From an uncultured candidatus Porisulfidus sp. (GTDB lineage: Bacteria; Pseudomonadota; Gammaproteobacteria; Poriferisulfidales; Poriferisulfidaceae), in NCBI GenBank assembly GCA_965199755.1, contig CBDASZ010000001.1:1-64000 (forward strand): a stretch of 64,000 bases of DNA, given 5' to 3'. The notes beneath the pieces are model-generated. The model was not told the DNA's origin. It searched no databases and saw nothing but the letters and a program-made list of their open reading frames with translations. Numbering within the stretch: position 1 is the stretch's first letter; each line of letters starts with the position of its first letter. Positions 9,567 to 17,331 of the stretch are shown here, piece by piece. The position numbers were made by a program, and so were the translations under genes.

Positions 9567-10907
9567 TCAATCACGTACAAACTCCAATCGCTGCCCCATA
9601 GCCTCTGGCGCAACCTTTCCGTCAGCATAAGCCAGATTGCCGGACACCCAAGTGCGCTCAATGCGGGCGTGCAACTCCTGCCCCTCAAACGCAGACCAGC
9701 CGCACTGGTGCAAAACCTCTTCGTTGCGGACCATCCACGCCCCGGACAAGTCCACCAACGCAAGATCTGCGAAATACCCTTCGCGCAGAAATCCCCTCTC
9801 ACGAACGCCATAGCACAAGGCCGGAGCATGCGCCACCTTGTGCACCGCGTGCGGCAATTCCAGCACACCCTGATGCACCAGTTCCAGCACCATCGGCAAG
9901 GCATGCTGCGTAAACGGCAACCCGGCCGCCACCTGTCGGTAGTCACCTTCCTTCTCTGACAGCAGGTGCGGCGCGTGATCTGTTGCGATGACGTCAATAC
10001 GATCCTCCAGCACGGCGGCACGTAGCGCATCGCGGTCCGTTTGCTCCTTGATCGACGGGTTGCACATGATGCGGGTGCCGTGTTGCGCGTAATCCTCTTT
10101 TGAAAACACCATATGGTGCACGCAGACTTCCGCGGTGATGCGCTTGTCAGTGACCGGCCCCGGTGCGAACTGCGCCAGTTCCTCAGCCGTGGTCAGATGC
10201 AGCACATGCAACCGCGCGTCAAACTTGCGCGCCAGCTCCACGGCCTTGGAGGAAGAGGCCCAACACGCCTCGCGGCTTCGGATCTGCACATGACATTCGA
10301 TCGGTATCTGTTCACCATAGCGTGCGACATGCCGCTCCAGTTCCTCCTCAATCATCGGCGTATCTTCACAATGCGTCGCGATCAGCACCGGCGATTCAGC
10401 AAACATACCTTCAAGCGTGACCGGATCGTCTACCAGCATATTGCCGGTAGAGGCACCCATAAAGATTTTCAGTCCGCAGACCTGTGTCGGATCAAGTCGC
10501 TGGACTTCCTCCAGATTGTCATTGCTCGCGCCGAAATAAAATGCATAGTTGGTGTGCATGGCCCCTTCGGCGCGCGCGATCTTTTCCTGCAGGCGTTCAC
10601 GTGTGATCACCGGCGGCTTGTTGTTGGGCATGTCCATGACACTGGTCGTGCCGCCCGCAACCGAGGCGCGGGATTCCGAACGAAAGGTGGCCTTGTGCGG
10701 CTGGCCCGGCTCACGGAAATGCACCTGACCGTCGATCATGCCCGGCAGCAGATGCAGCCCGGCCGCGTCAATCACTTCATCAGCCTCTTCATGCGCAAGG
10801 TCGGAGCCGATTTTCTCGATACGCTCATTGCGAATGAGCAGATCCGTTTCAAACACTCGTCCTTCATTGACGGCAGTGGCATTGACGATTAGACAACTCT
10901 CGGACAT
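9567..10907 (-). CDS. pyrC: Dihydroorotase (amidohydrolase superfamily)
   Basis: PGMIDGQVHFREPG, DMPN, KIFMGASTG, HCED, ATDHAPH motifs. Confidence 0.85.
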   Translation of the reverse strand: MSESCLIVNATAVNEGRVFETDLLIRNERIEKIGSDLAHEEADEVIDAAGLHLLPGMIDGQVHFREPGQPHKATFRSESRASVAGGTTSVMDMPNNKPPVITRERLQEKIARAEGAMHTNYAFYFGASNDNLEEVQRLDPTQVCGLKIFMGASTGNMLVDDPVTLEGMFAESPVLIATHCEDTPMIEEELERHVARYGEQIPIECHVQIRSREACWASSSKAVELARKFDARLHVLHLTTAEELAQFAPGPVTDKRITAEVCVHHMVFSKEDYAQHGTRIMCNPSIKEQTDRDALRAAVLEDRIDVIATDHAPHLLSEKEGDYRQVAAGLPFTQHALPMVLELVHQGVLELPHAVHKVAHAPALCYGVRERGFLREGYFADLALVDLSGAWMVRNEEVLHQCGWSAFEGQELHARIERTWVSGNLAYADGKVAPEAMGQRLEFVRD

Positions 10908-10962
10908 GGTGCTACTCTGCGGGGAAGTGAGTCACATTTTAGGGCACAGCCACAGACCGACA

Positions 10963-10991
10963 CTGACCGGCGCACTGCCCTTGAGTAAAAT
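10963..10991 (+). promoter_or_regulatory. Candidate sigma70 promoter for tRNA-Gly and the downstream operon
   Basis: CTGACC-N17-TAAAAT ending 11 nt before the tRNA. Confidence 0.4.
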
Positions 10992-11002
10992 TCCAATCCC
11001 GC

Positions 11003-11076
11003 GCGGGCGTAGTTCAATGGTAGAACTTCAGCTTCCCAAGCTGATAACGAGGGTTCGATTCCCTTCGCCCGCTCCA
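11003..11076 (+). tRNA. tRNA-Gly (anticodon CCC)
   Basis: GCGGGCG acceptor stem pairing with CGCCCGC, anticodon arm TCAGC-TTCCCAA-GCTGA, GGTTCGATT T-loop, encoded CCA. Confidence 0.97.
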
Positions 11077-11089
11077 GCGCAACCGTTTT

Positions 11090-12187
11090 ATGACCGACAC
11101 CACCGACGCCCTTGAGTTGACCGAAGCCGAAGCCTTTATGCGCAGCGTACTGCAGCGCGTGGCCACCGGCCCGGAGTACAGCAAGGATCTGCCGCAGGAA
11201 GAAGCGCGCCGCGCCCTCGCCCTGATTCTGGATGAGGAGGTCGACGACGTGCAGGCCGGCATCTATATGATCGCATTGCGCATGAAGCGTGAGACGCTGG
11301 AAGAAAACATCGGCTCCCTGCAAGCCTTGCTCGACCGAACCCAGCGCGTCACCGCCAATGTCCCGGAAGTGATCGACATTGCGGAGCCTTACGACGGCTT
11401 TTTGCGCAACTTGTTGATGGGTGCCTTTCTGCCAGCGGTTCTGGCCGCCTGCGGCAAACCGGCACTGTGTCACGGTGTCTCCTCAGTCGGCCCCAAGTTC
11501 GGTGCCACCGCCCGTCAGGTACTGACCGCCTGCGGCATGGCCCCGGAGCGCCCGGTGGCAACGGTCGCCGCCCAACTGGAAGACCCCAACTGCGGCTGGG
11601 GTTATGTTGACCAGTCGCAATTCTGCCCCAAATTGCATGCCCTGCAAACTTTTCGCACTCGTATTGTCAAGCGCCCGGTGCTCACTACCGTGGAAGTGCT
11701 GCTATCGCCCATCCGCGGACAGGATGCCACCCATTTCGTCACCGGCTACGTGCACAAGCCCTACCCACCCGTCTACGCGCATCTGGCGCGCGCCACACCA
11801 TTTGACTCCGCGCTGCTCGTGCGCGGCGTGGAAGGCGGGGTATTTCCGTCGCTGCGTCAGGCCGGTCGCGCCTACGGTTTTCACGGCTCCGAGCCGGAAA
11901 CCCTGTGGGAGTTCCACGCGCAACAGTTGGGGTACGAACATGACTGCCGCGCCGCGCCATTGCCGGAATCAGACATGGAGGCCGACGCCATCGCACAAGC
12001 CGCCGCCGATGCCGGGCGCGCCGCGCTTGATGATCAAGTGGGTCCCGCGCGCGACAGTCTGCTGTACGCCGCGACCTTGATTCTCGCGCATTTGCATCGT
12101 GACCGCGACCTCTCGAAACACTTTCCAACCGCGCAGGACGCCATTGCCAGCGGTCGCGCCCGTACCGCCTTTGAGGCCGCCTTATGA
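11090..12187 (+). CDS. Anthranilate-phosphoribosyltransferase-like (glycosyltransferase family 3, YbiB/TrpD2-like) protein
   Basis: TrpD-like N-terminal helical domain (QAGIYMIALRMKRET), PYDG, GYVHKPYP and RGVEG. It lacks the canonical TrpD GTGGD motif. Confidence 0.75.
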   Translation: MTDTTDALELTEAEAFMRSVLQRVATGPEYSKDLPQEEARRALALILDEEVDDVQAGIYMIALRMKRETLEENIGSLQALLDRTQRVTANVPEVIDIAEPYDGFLRNLLMGAFLPAVLAACGKPALCHGVSSVGPKFGATARQVLTACGMAPERPVATVAAQLEDPNCGWGYVDQSQFCPKLHALQTFRTRIVKRPVLTTVEVLLSPIRGQDATHFVTGYVHKPYPPVYAHLARATPFDSALLVRGVEGGVFPSLRQAGRAYGFHGSEPETLWEFHAQQLGYEHDCRAAPLPESDMEADAIAQAAADAGRAALDDQVGPARDSLLYAATLILAHLHRDRDLSKHFPTAQDAIASGRARTAFEAAL

Positions 12188-12612
12188 ACAACGATGCCAT
12201 CGATCTGGATTTACAAAGCGGGATCGCGGCCTTCGCGGCCAAGCATTTCGCGCAAGCGCACAAGTTGCTGACGCCGCTGGCGGAAGCGGGCGAGCCGGAA
12301 GCGCAGTACCGCTGCGCGATTATGTGCCAAAACGGTCTGGGCTGCGTGGTCGATGAGGCGCGCGCCTTCACCTGGATGACGGCGGCCGCCGAGGCCGGCT
12401 TGTCGCTCGCGCAACATGGACTGGGATTCATGTACATGGAAGGCGAATGCACCGCCGCTGATGGTGCGAAAGCGGTGCACTGGTTCGAGCAAGCCGCCGC
12501 GCAAGGACTGATCGGCTCACTGACCACGCTGGCGATGATGTACGAGGAAGGCAAATTGATCCCACAGGACGTGGAACGCGCCCGCGAACTCTACCGCCAG
12601 GCAGGATTCTGA
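12184..12612 (+). CDS. Sel1-repeat (TPR-like) protein
   Basis: Three repeats of the type AQY..AIM...G.G...D...A..W...AA..G; no signal peptide. Confidence 0.88.
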   Translation: MNNDAIDLDLQSGIAAFAAKHFAQAHKLLTPLAEAGEPEAQYRCAIMCQNGLGCVVDEARAFTWMTAAAEAGLSLAQHGLGFMYMEGECTAADGAKAVHWFEQAAAQGLIGSLTTLAMMYEEGKLIPQDVERARELYRQAGF

Positions 12613-12616
12613 CATC

Positions 12617-13660
12617 ATGCGCCCCTCACAACTCAGCCGTATTCTGGAAGAAGAGTTCCGCAGCGCCACGCGCGGCATTCACACACCGGTGATGATCTGG
12701 GGGCCTCCAGGCGTCGGCAAATCACAGATTGTCGCGCAGATCGCAGCGCGGCACGATGCGGTGATGATTGATATCCGACTGTCGCAGATGGAGCCGAGCG
12801 ATCTGCGCGGGATTCCCTTTCGCACGGATGACGTGGTGGACTGGGCGGTCCCGGCGATGCTGCCGAATGCAAAACGCCACGGCGCATCCGGCATCCTGTT
12901 TCTCGACGAGATCACCTCGGCCGCACCGACCGTATCCGCGGCCGCCTACCAACTGATTCTGGACCGCCAGCTCGGCCACTATCAGGTACCCGAAGGCTGG
13001 GTGATTTTTGCCGCGGGCAACCGTCAGGGCGATCGCGGCATCAGTTATGTCATGCCAGCGCCACTGGCCAATCGCTTTTCGCATTTTGAGATTGAACCGA
13101 ATCTGGATGACTGGGTGCGCTGGGCGGTCGCGCAACAGATCGACGAGCGCGTGATCGGTTTTCTGCGTCTGCGCCCGGAATTGCTGTTCGACTTCGATGC
13201 TGAACACAATCCCACCGCCTTCGCGTCACCACGCTCCTGGGAGTTCGCCCATCGCGCACTGCAGAAATTCGACGGCGACACCGTACTGGTGGAAGCCCTG
13301 CAAGCCTGTATCGGCCCGGCCGCGGGCATGCAATTGCACGCCTTCGTACAACACGCGGCGGAATTGCCGGATCTGGATGAGATTCTGGCCGGCAAAGCGG
13401 TGCCACCGCCGGATTCCGTCGATCTGCAATACGCCATTGCAGCGGCGCTGGTCAGCCGCGCCGTACGCGCTGCCGGACAAGAGCAGCTAACGGAAGTGTT
13501 GGGGCCGATTCTGAATTACGCCAGTCAATTGCCGCAACGCGAAGTCGGCGTGATGCTGGTCTGCGATCTGTTGCGCTGCGTCGGGCAGGAACAGGTGTTT
13601 GCCGCGCCGGAGTTTCAGCCCTGGGCCGAACAGGTGGCGGATCTGCTGCTGTACGAATAA
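12617..13660 (+). CDS. MoxR-related AAA+ ATPase
   Basis: Walker A GPPGVGKS, Walker B ILFLDE, AAGN sensor I, LANRF arginine finger, SPRSW sensor II. Confidence 0.9.
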   Translation: MRPSQLSRILEEEFRSATRGIHTPVMIWGPPGVGKSQIVAQIAARHDAVMIDIRLSQMEPSDLRGIPFRTDDVVDWAVPAMLPNAKRHGASGILFLDEITSAAPTVSAAAYQLILDRQLGHYQVPEGWVIFAAGNRQGDRGISYVMPAPLANRFSHFEIEPNLDDWVRWAVAQQIDERVIGFLRLRPELLFDFDAEHNPTAFASPRSWEFAHRALQKFDGDTVLVEALQACIGPAAGMQLHAFVQHAAELPDLDEILAGKAVPPPDSVDLQYAIAAALVSRAVRAAGQEQLTEVLGPILNYASQLPQREVGVMLVCDLLRCVGQEQVFAAPEFQPWAEQVADLLLYE

Positions 13661-14793
13661 TGCCGCAGGCGAAGGATCCGGCCAGTCGACTGGCGCAAGC
13701 GCGCGCCCGGCTGGTGTTGGATCGCCCCTTTCTGGGCTCTTTGGTGCTGCAGTTGCCGCTGGTGGAAGCTGGCGACTGGTGTCATAGCACCGCCACGGAC
13801 GCTCGGCGTCTGTACTACAGCCCCCCTTACATCGACAGCCTCAGCAATGCGGAGGTCCAGTCCGTGCTGTGCCATGAGATGCTGCATTGCGCCCTGCTGC
13901 ATCTGATGCGCCGTGGTCGCCGCTCGCGCAAACGCTGGGATGTGGCCTGCGATTACGCGGTCAACCATCTGTTACTTGCCGAAGGCATGGTGCTACCGCA
14001 AGGCGCGCTGCACCAGCCGCTGTTCGCCAACATGACGGCGGAAGAAATTTATCCGTGCCTCGACGAGATGGAAGATCAGCGCCCTCAGGATCTGCATCTA
14101 TACAACGGCGCGCCGGCAGAGGCGGACGCTTCGGAAGCAACACCGCAAGAGGCTTCAATACAACCGGACGCCTTGGCGTCCACATGGCAAGCGCGTGTTG
14201 CGCGGGCGCTGGATTCGGCGCGGCAGCATGGCCAGTTGTCGGCATCGTTCGCACGCCACCTCTCACCGCAGCTCAATCCGCGACTGCCGTGGCGGCATCT
14301 GCTCTCGCGGCACGCCAGACAATGCGCCCGCGATGACTACAGTTATCTGCGCCCGTCCACGCGGCGCGAAGGTCCGGCCATTTATCCGCGTCTGAGTACG
14401 CGGGCGATCGATATGGTTGCCGCGCTGGATGTCAGCGGCTCACTCTCCGAATCCGAAATCAGCGAATTCCTCGATGAGGTCAGTGCCATCAAGGGGGCCT
14501 TGCGCGCACGCATCACGCTGCTCGCTTGTGACCGGGAACTGCAAGGAGATCGCCCGCAGGTGTTCGAACCCTGGGAGCCGCTGCGAATGCCGCCAAGCAT
14601 CACTGGCGGTGGCGGCACCTCGTTTTTCCCGGTGTTTGACTGGGTCTCCCGACAGGATCACCCGCCGAATCTGCTGATCTATTTCACCGACGCCAAAGGT
14701 GCCTGCCCGAAGACCGCGCCGCCCTATCCGGTGCTGTGGCTGGTCAAAGGCCGCGGCCAGTTGCCGTGGGGCGAACGCATCCAGTTGAACTGA
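13660..14793 (+). CDS. Putative metallopeptidase (HExxH) plus VWA-like domain protein (DUF2201-like)
   Basis: TATD, HEMLH, WDVACDYAVN, MIDAS-like DVSGS, GGGGTSF and IYFTD motifs; TAATG overlap with the ATPase stop. Confidence 0.85.
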   Translation: MPQAKDPASRLAQARARLVLDRPFLGSLVLQLPLVEAGDWCHSTATDARRLYYSPPYIDSLSNAEVQSVLCHEMLHCALLHLMRRGRRSRKRWDVACDYAVNHLLLAEGMVLPQGALHQPLFANMTAEEIYPCLDEMEDQRPQDLHLYNGAPAEADASEATPQEASIQPDALASTWQARVARALDSARQHGQLSASFARHLSPQLNPRLPWRHLLSRHARQCARDDYSYLRPSTRREGPAIYPRLSTRAIDMVAALDVSGSLSESEISEFLDEVSAIKGALRARITLLACDRELQGDRPQVFEPWEPLRMPPSITGGGGTSFFPVFDWVSRQDHPPNLLIYFTDAKGACPKTAPPYPVLWLVKGRGQLPWGERIQLN

Positions 14794-14797
14794 CTCC

Positions 14798-15868
14798 ATG
14801 CTGAGCGAACCCGACCTGCTGCGCCTCAATGTATTGATGAGTCAGTCGCTTGAAGCGGTGCGCATCGACGAAGGCCGCATGCAACTCGAAGCGCTGACAT
14901 CGCAGGGGGAAGCGCAGGTGCCCTTGCACCCCAGTGGGCGCACTGGGGCTTATCTCAAGGAAGTGCGCGCATGGCTGTCCACACACGTACTCGGCTCACC
15001 GGGCGGTTACCCGCTGTATATCCGGCGCTGGACACGCATGGGTCAGGCGCGTGATGGCTCGCTGGAGAAACTGCTGCTGTTGGGCGACCCGGAAGCGGTC
15101 GCCGCCGTCGTGCACGCACCGGGACTCACGGAGGAGTTGGCGCGGCGCGCCTGGTGGGTGGATCCGCACGCCGAACATGCACGCCGAATGCTGGAGCACC
15201 CGGACATTGCCGGCAGTCCGTTTGGTGAGGATCTGGTCGCATTTCTGCTTGAGTTTCTGCCGTTTGAGGAAGAGCCGCGCAACGTGGTGGCCTCGCTGTG
15301 TCAAATGCTGCGCTACGGCCATCTCGACGAAGAGCACCAGATGGAATTGTGGCGACGCGCACAGCGACAATCCGCTTACGCCGCGGGGTTTCTGACCGCC
15401 GGCAGCCACTGTCTCCCGCTCGAACGCGATGCGCATTCACGCCTTCAAGGCCAAGATCATCCCGGTGTGCTGTGGGGACGCCTGTCGTCGGTGCTGGAAG
15501 CGCACGGGCAGAACTTTTTCGCCACCGCACGCATGGCATTGAAGCGCCCGCCGAATCAGGATGTCACAGTGGCGATTTTCAACGCCATCGGCACCGGCTG
15601 CGCCTTGCCGGGTCTGAACGCTTGCCCGCGCAGTTTCGAGGAGATCGAAACACAGGTGCGAGAGATTGAGCGATCTGAAGACTGGGAGGAGGATTCCGAA
15701 TGGCAGGACATGCGACATTCACTATTGTGTCTGGCGCACGTCAGCGAAAGCCTGCTGGATCCGATTTTTGGCATCACCGATGCGGTTGGCTCCGTAATGC
15801 GCAAGCGCATTGAGCCTGTGGTGAAACCCTTGCTCGCGCACCTCGACACCCTGCTGGACGATGCGTGA
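14798..15868 (+). CDS. dsrS: DsrS-like protein (reverse dissimilatory sulfite reductase accessory)
   Basis: LRLNVL...RIDE...VLGSPGGYP...RRWTRMGQAR...LLLLG.PEAV...ELARRAWW and C-terminal DA.GS.MRKRIEP, recognised from recall of DsrS sequences. Confidence 0.8.
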   Translation: MLSEPDLLRLNVLMSQSLEAVRIDEGRMQLEALTSQGEAQVPLHPSGRTGAYLKEVRAWLSTHVLGSPGGYPLYIRRWTRMGQARDGSLEKLLLLGDPEAVAAVVHAPGLTEELARRAWWVDPHAEHARRMLEHPDIAGSPFGEDLVAFLLEFLPFEEEPRNVVASLCQMLRYGHLDEEHQMELWRRAQRQSAYAAGFLTAGSHCLPLERDAHSRLQGQDHPGVLWGRLSSVLEAHGQNFFATARMALKRPPNQDVTVAIFNAIGTGCALPGLNACPRSFEEIETQVREIERSEDWEEDSEWQDMRHSLLCLAHVSESLLDPIFGITDAVGSVMRKRIEPVVKPLLAHLDTLLDDA

Positions 15869-16709
15869 AGATCTGCGCATGACGTTGCCGAACGGGCGCA
15901 TGCTGGCGTACGCCGAGTACGGCGACGCGACGGGCTGGCCGGTCTTTTGCATTCACGGCACACCGGGCTCACGGCATTTGTATGCGGTTGCTGATGAGTC
16001 GGCGCGGACGCAACGACTGCGCCTGATCGCGCCGGACCGACCGGGCTTTGGTGACTCTGATGATTGTCCCGACTGGGGATTCACCGAAATCGCCGACGAC
16101 CTTGCGCAACTTGCCGCACATCTGGAGATTGAACGGTTTTCTGTGCTGGGCTTCTCCGGGGGCGGCCCCTACGCGGCTTATGCCGCACGGGCCTTGGCAC
16201 CACGGGTCGCTCGCCTCGTTCTGCTAAGCGCCTACGCGCCCGGCGAACGCGCTGGCCTCGCGCAACAGATCATGATGAGTCTGGGGCGGCTCAGTCCCTC
16301 CGCCATGCGGCTCACCTCTCAGGCGATCGCCTCTATACCCATGTCTCTGGCGAAGCGAATCATCTGCGTGGGCGTCAACCGCAGTGATCAGAAGATTACC
16401 CAAAATCCGCAAATTCGTGACAGTCTGACCGTGGGCCTGCAGGCCGTGCGCAATAATCCGTATGGCGTCGTGGCGGAAGCGCAGTTGTTCGCGCGACCTT
16501 GGCAACTGCCGGAAATCACGCACCCGGACCCGCCCGTGTGGATCTGGCACGGTCTGGAGGATCGCATCGTGTCCGTGCGCGCCGCGTTGCACTATGCTCG
16601 CGTCTTCACACGCGCGCGTCTCACGCTACTGCCAGGCACCGGACATTACTGGGGGCTGGAGCATGTCGATCAGGTGCTCGATGTGCTGCGTTATGATGAA
16701 GGAAGCTGA
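15861..16709 (+). CDS. Alpha/beta fold hydrolase
   Basis: HGTPGS, DRPGFG, GFSGG nucleophile elbow, WHGLED, GH. Confidence 0.88.
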   Translation: MREDLRMTLPNGRMLAYAEYGDATGWPVFCIHGTPGSRHLYAVADESARTQRLRLIAPDRPGFGDSDDCPDWGFTEIADDLAQLAAHLEIERFSVLGFSGGGPYAAYAARALAPRVARLVLLSAYAPGERAGLAQQIMMSLGRLSPSAMRLTSQAIASIPMSLAKRIICVGVNRSDQKITQNPQIRDSLTVGLQAVRNNPYGVVAEAQLFARPWQLPEITHPDPPVWIWHGLEDRIVSVRAALHYARVFTRARLTLLPGTGHYWGLEHVDQVLDVLRYDEGS

Positions 16710-16722
16710 TACAGAGAAGTTC

Positions 16723-17220
16723 ATGCGTCAATTGATTCTTGTGCGGCACGCCAAATCCGACCGCAGTGACTGGTCGCTTTCCGATGTGGAACGACCGCTG
16801 GCACCGCGCGGGGTACGCGACGCGCCGGACATGGCGCAGCGACTGGCGGGACTGCAAGACGGATTGGATGCGATATACAGTTCGGTAGCGCGCCGCGCGA
16901 TGGAGACGGCGGAATATTTCGCGCAGACCTTTGATATTGCCGCCTCAGACCTGCATTTGCGCCATGATCTGTATACTTTTTCGCCGTACGACCTGGTACA
17001 GGCTCTGGGTGAACTGGATGATGCGTTTACGCGCATTGCCGTGTTCGGACACAACCCCGCTATCAGCGGCGCTTCGTCCTATCTGGGGGATACGGATCTG
17101 GGCGATCTGCCAACTTGCGCCGTCGTCAGGCTGCAGGTTGATACAAAATCATGGAAGACGCTGGCACCGCGCGCATGTACGCTGCTTGAGGTCGATACGC
17201 CCAAGCGGTCGGCAGGATAA
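16723..17220 (+). CDS. sixA: SixA-type phosphohistidine phosphatase
   Basis: LILVRHAKS, RPL..RG, SVARRA.ET and GHNP motifs; possible alternative start at 16693. Confidence 0.8.
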   Translation: MRQLILVRHAKSDRSDWSLSDVERPLAPRGVRDAPDMAQRLAGLQDGLDAIYSSVARRAMETAEYFAQTFDIAASDLHLRHDLYTFSPYDLVQALGELDDAFTRIAVFGHNPAISGASSYLGDTDLGDLPTCAVVRLQVDTKSWKTLAPRACTLLEVDTPKRSAG

Positions 17221-17331
17221 CAGCCCCATACTGACAGGAGAGAAAAACCAAGTACAGGGCTGTCCCTAAACGAAAGAGCGGATCTAACGGATCACTGACC
17301 CGCCCCTCAAAACCGGAAGTAATACTGCTGC

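Noticed and set aside
9190-9570. 126-aa ORF as listed in the ORF track
   Set aside because: The N-terminal part is read through an intergenic and SD region; the SD-supported start is ATG 9443 in another frame.
12617-14793. CbbQ/CbbO or NorQ/NorD assignment
   Set aside because: The VWA partner is short and carries an HExxH domain (DUF2201-like), and no RuBisCO or nor genes are adjacent; only the analogy is used.
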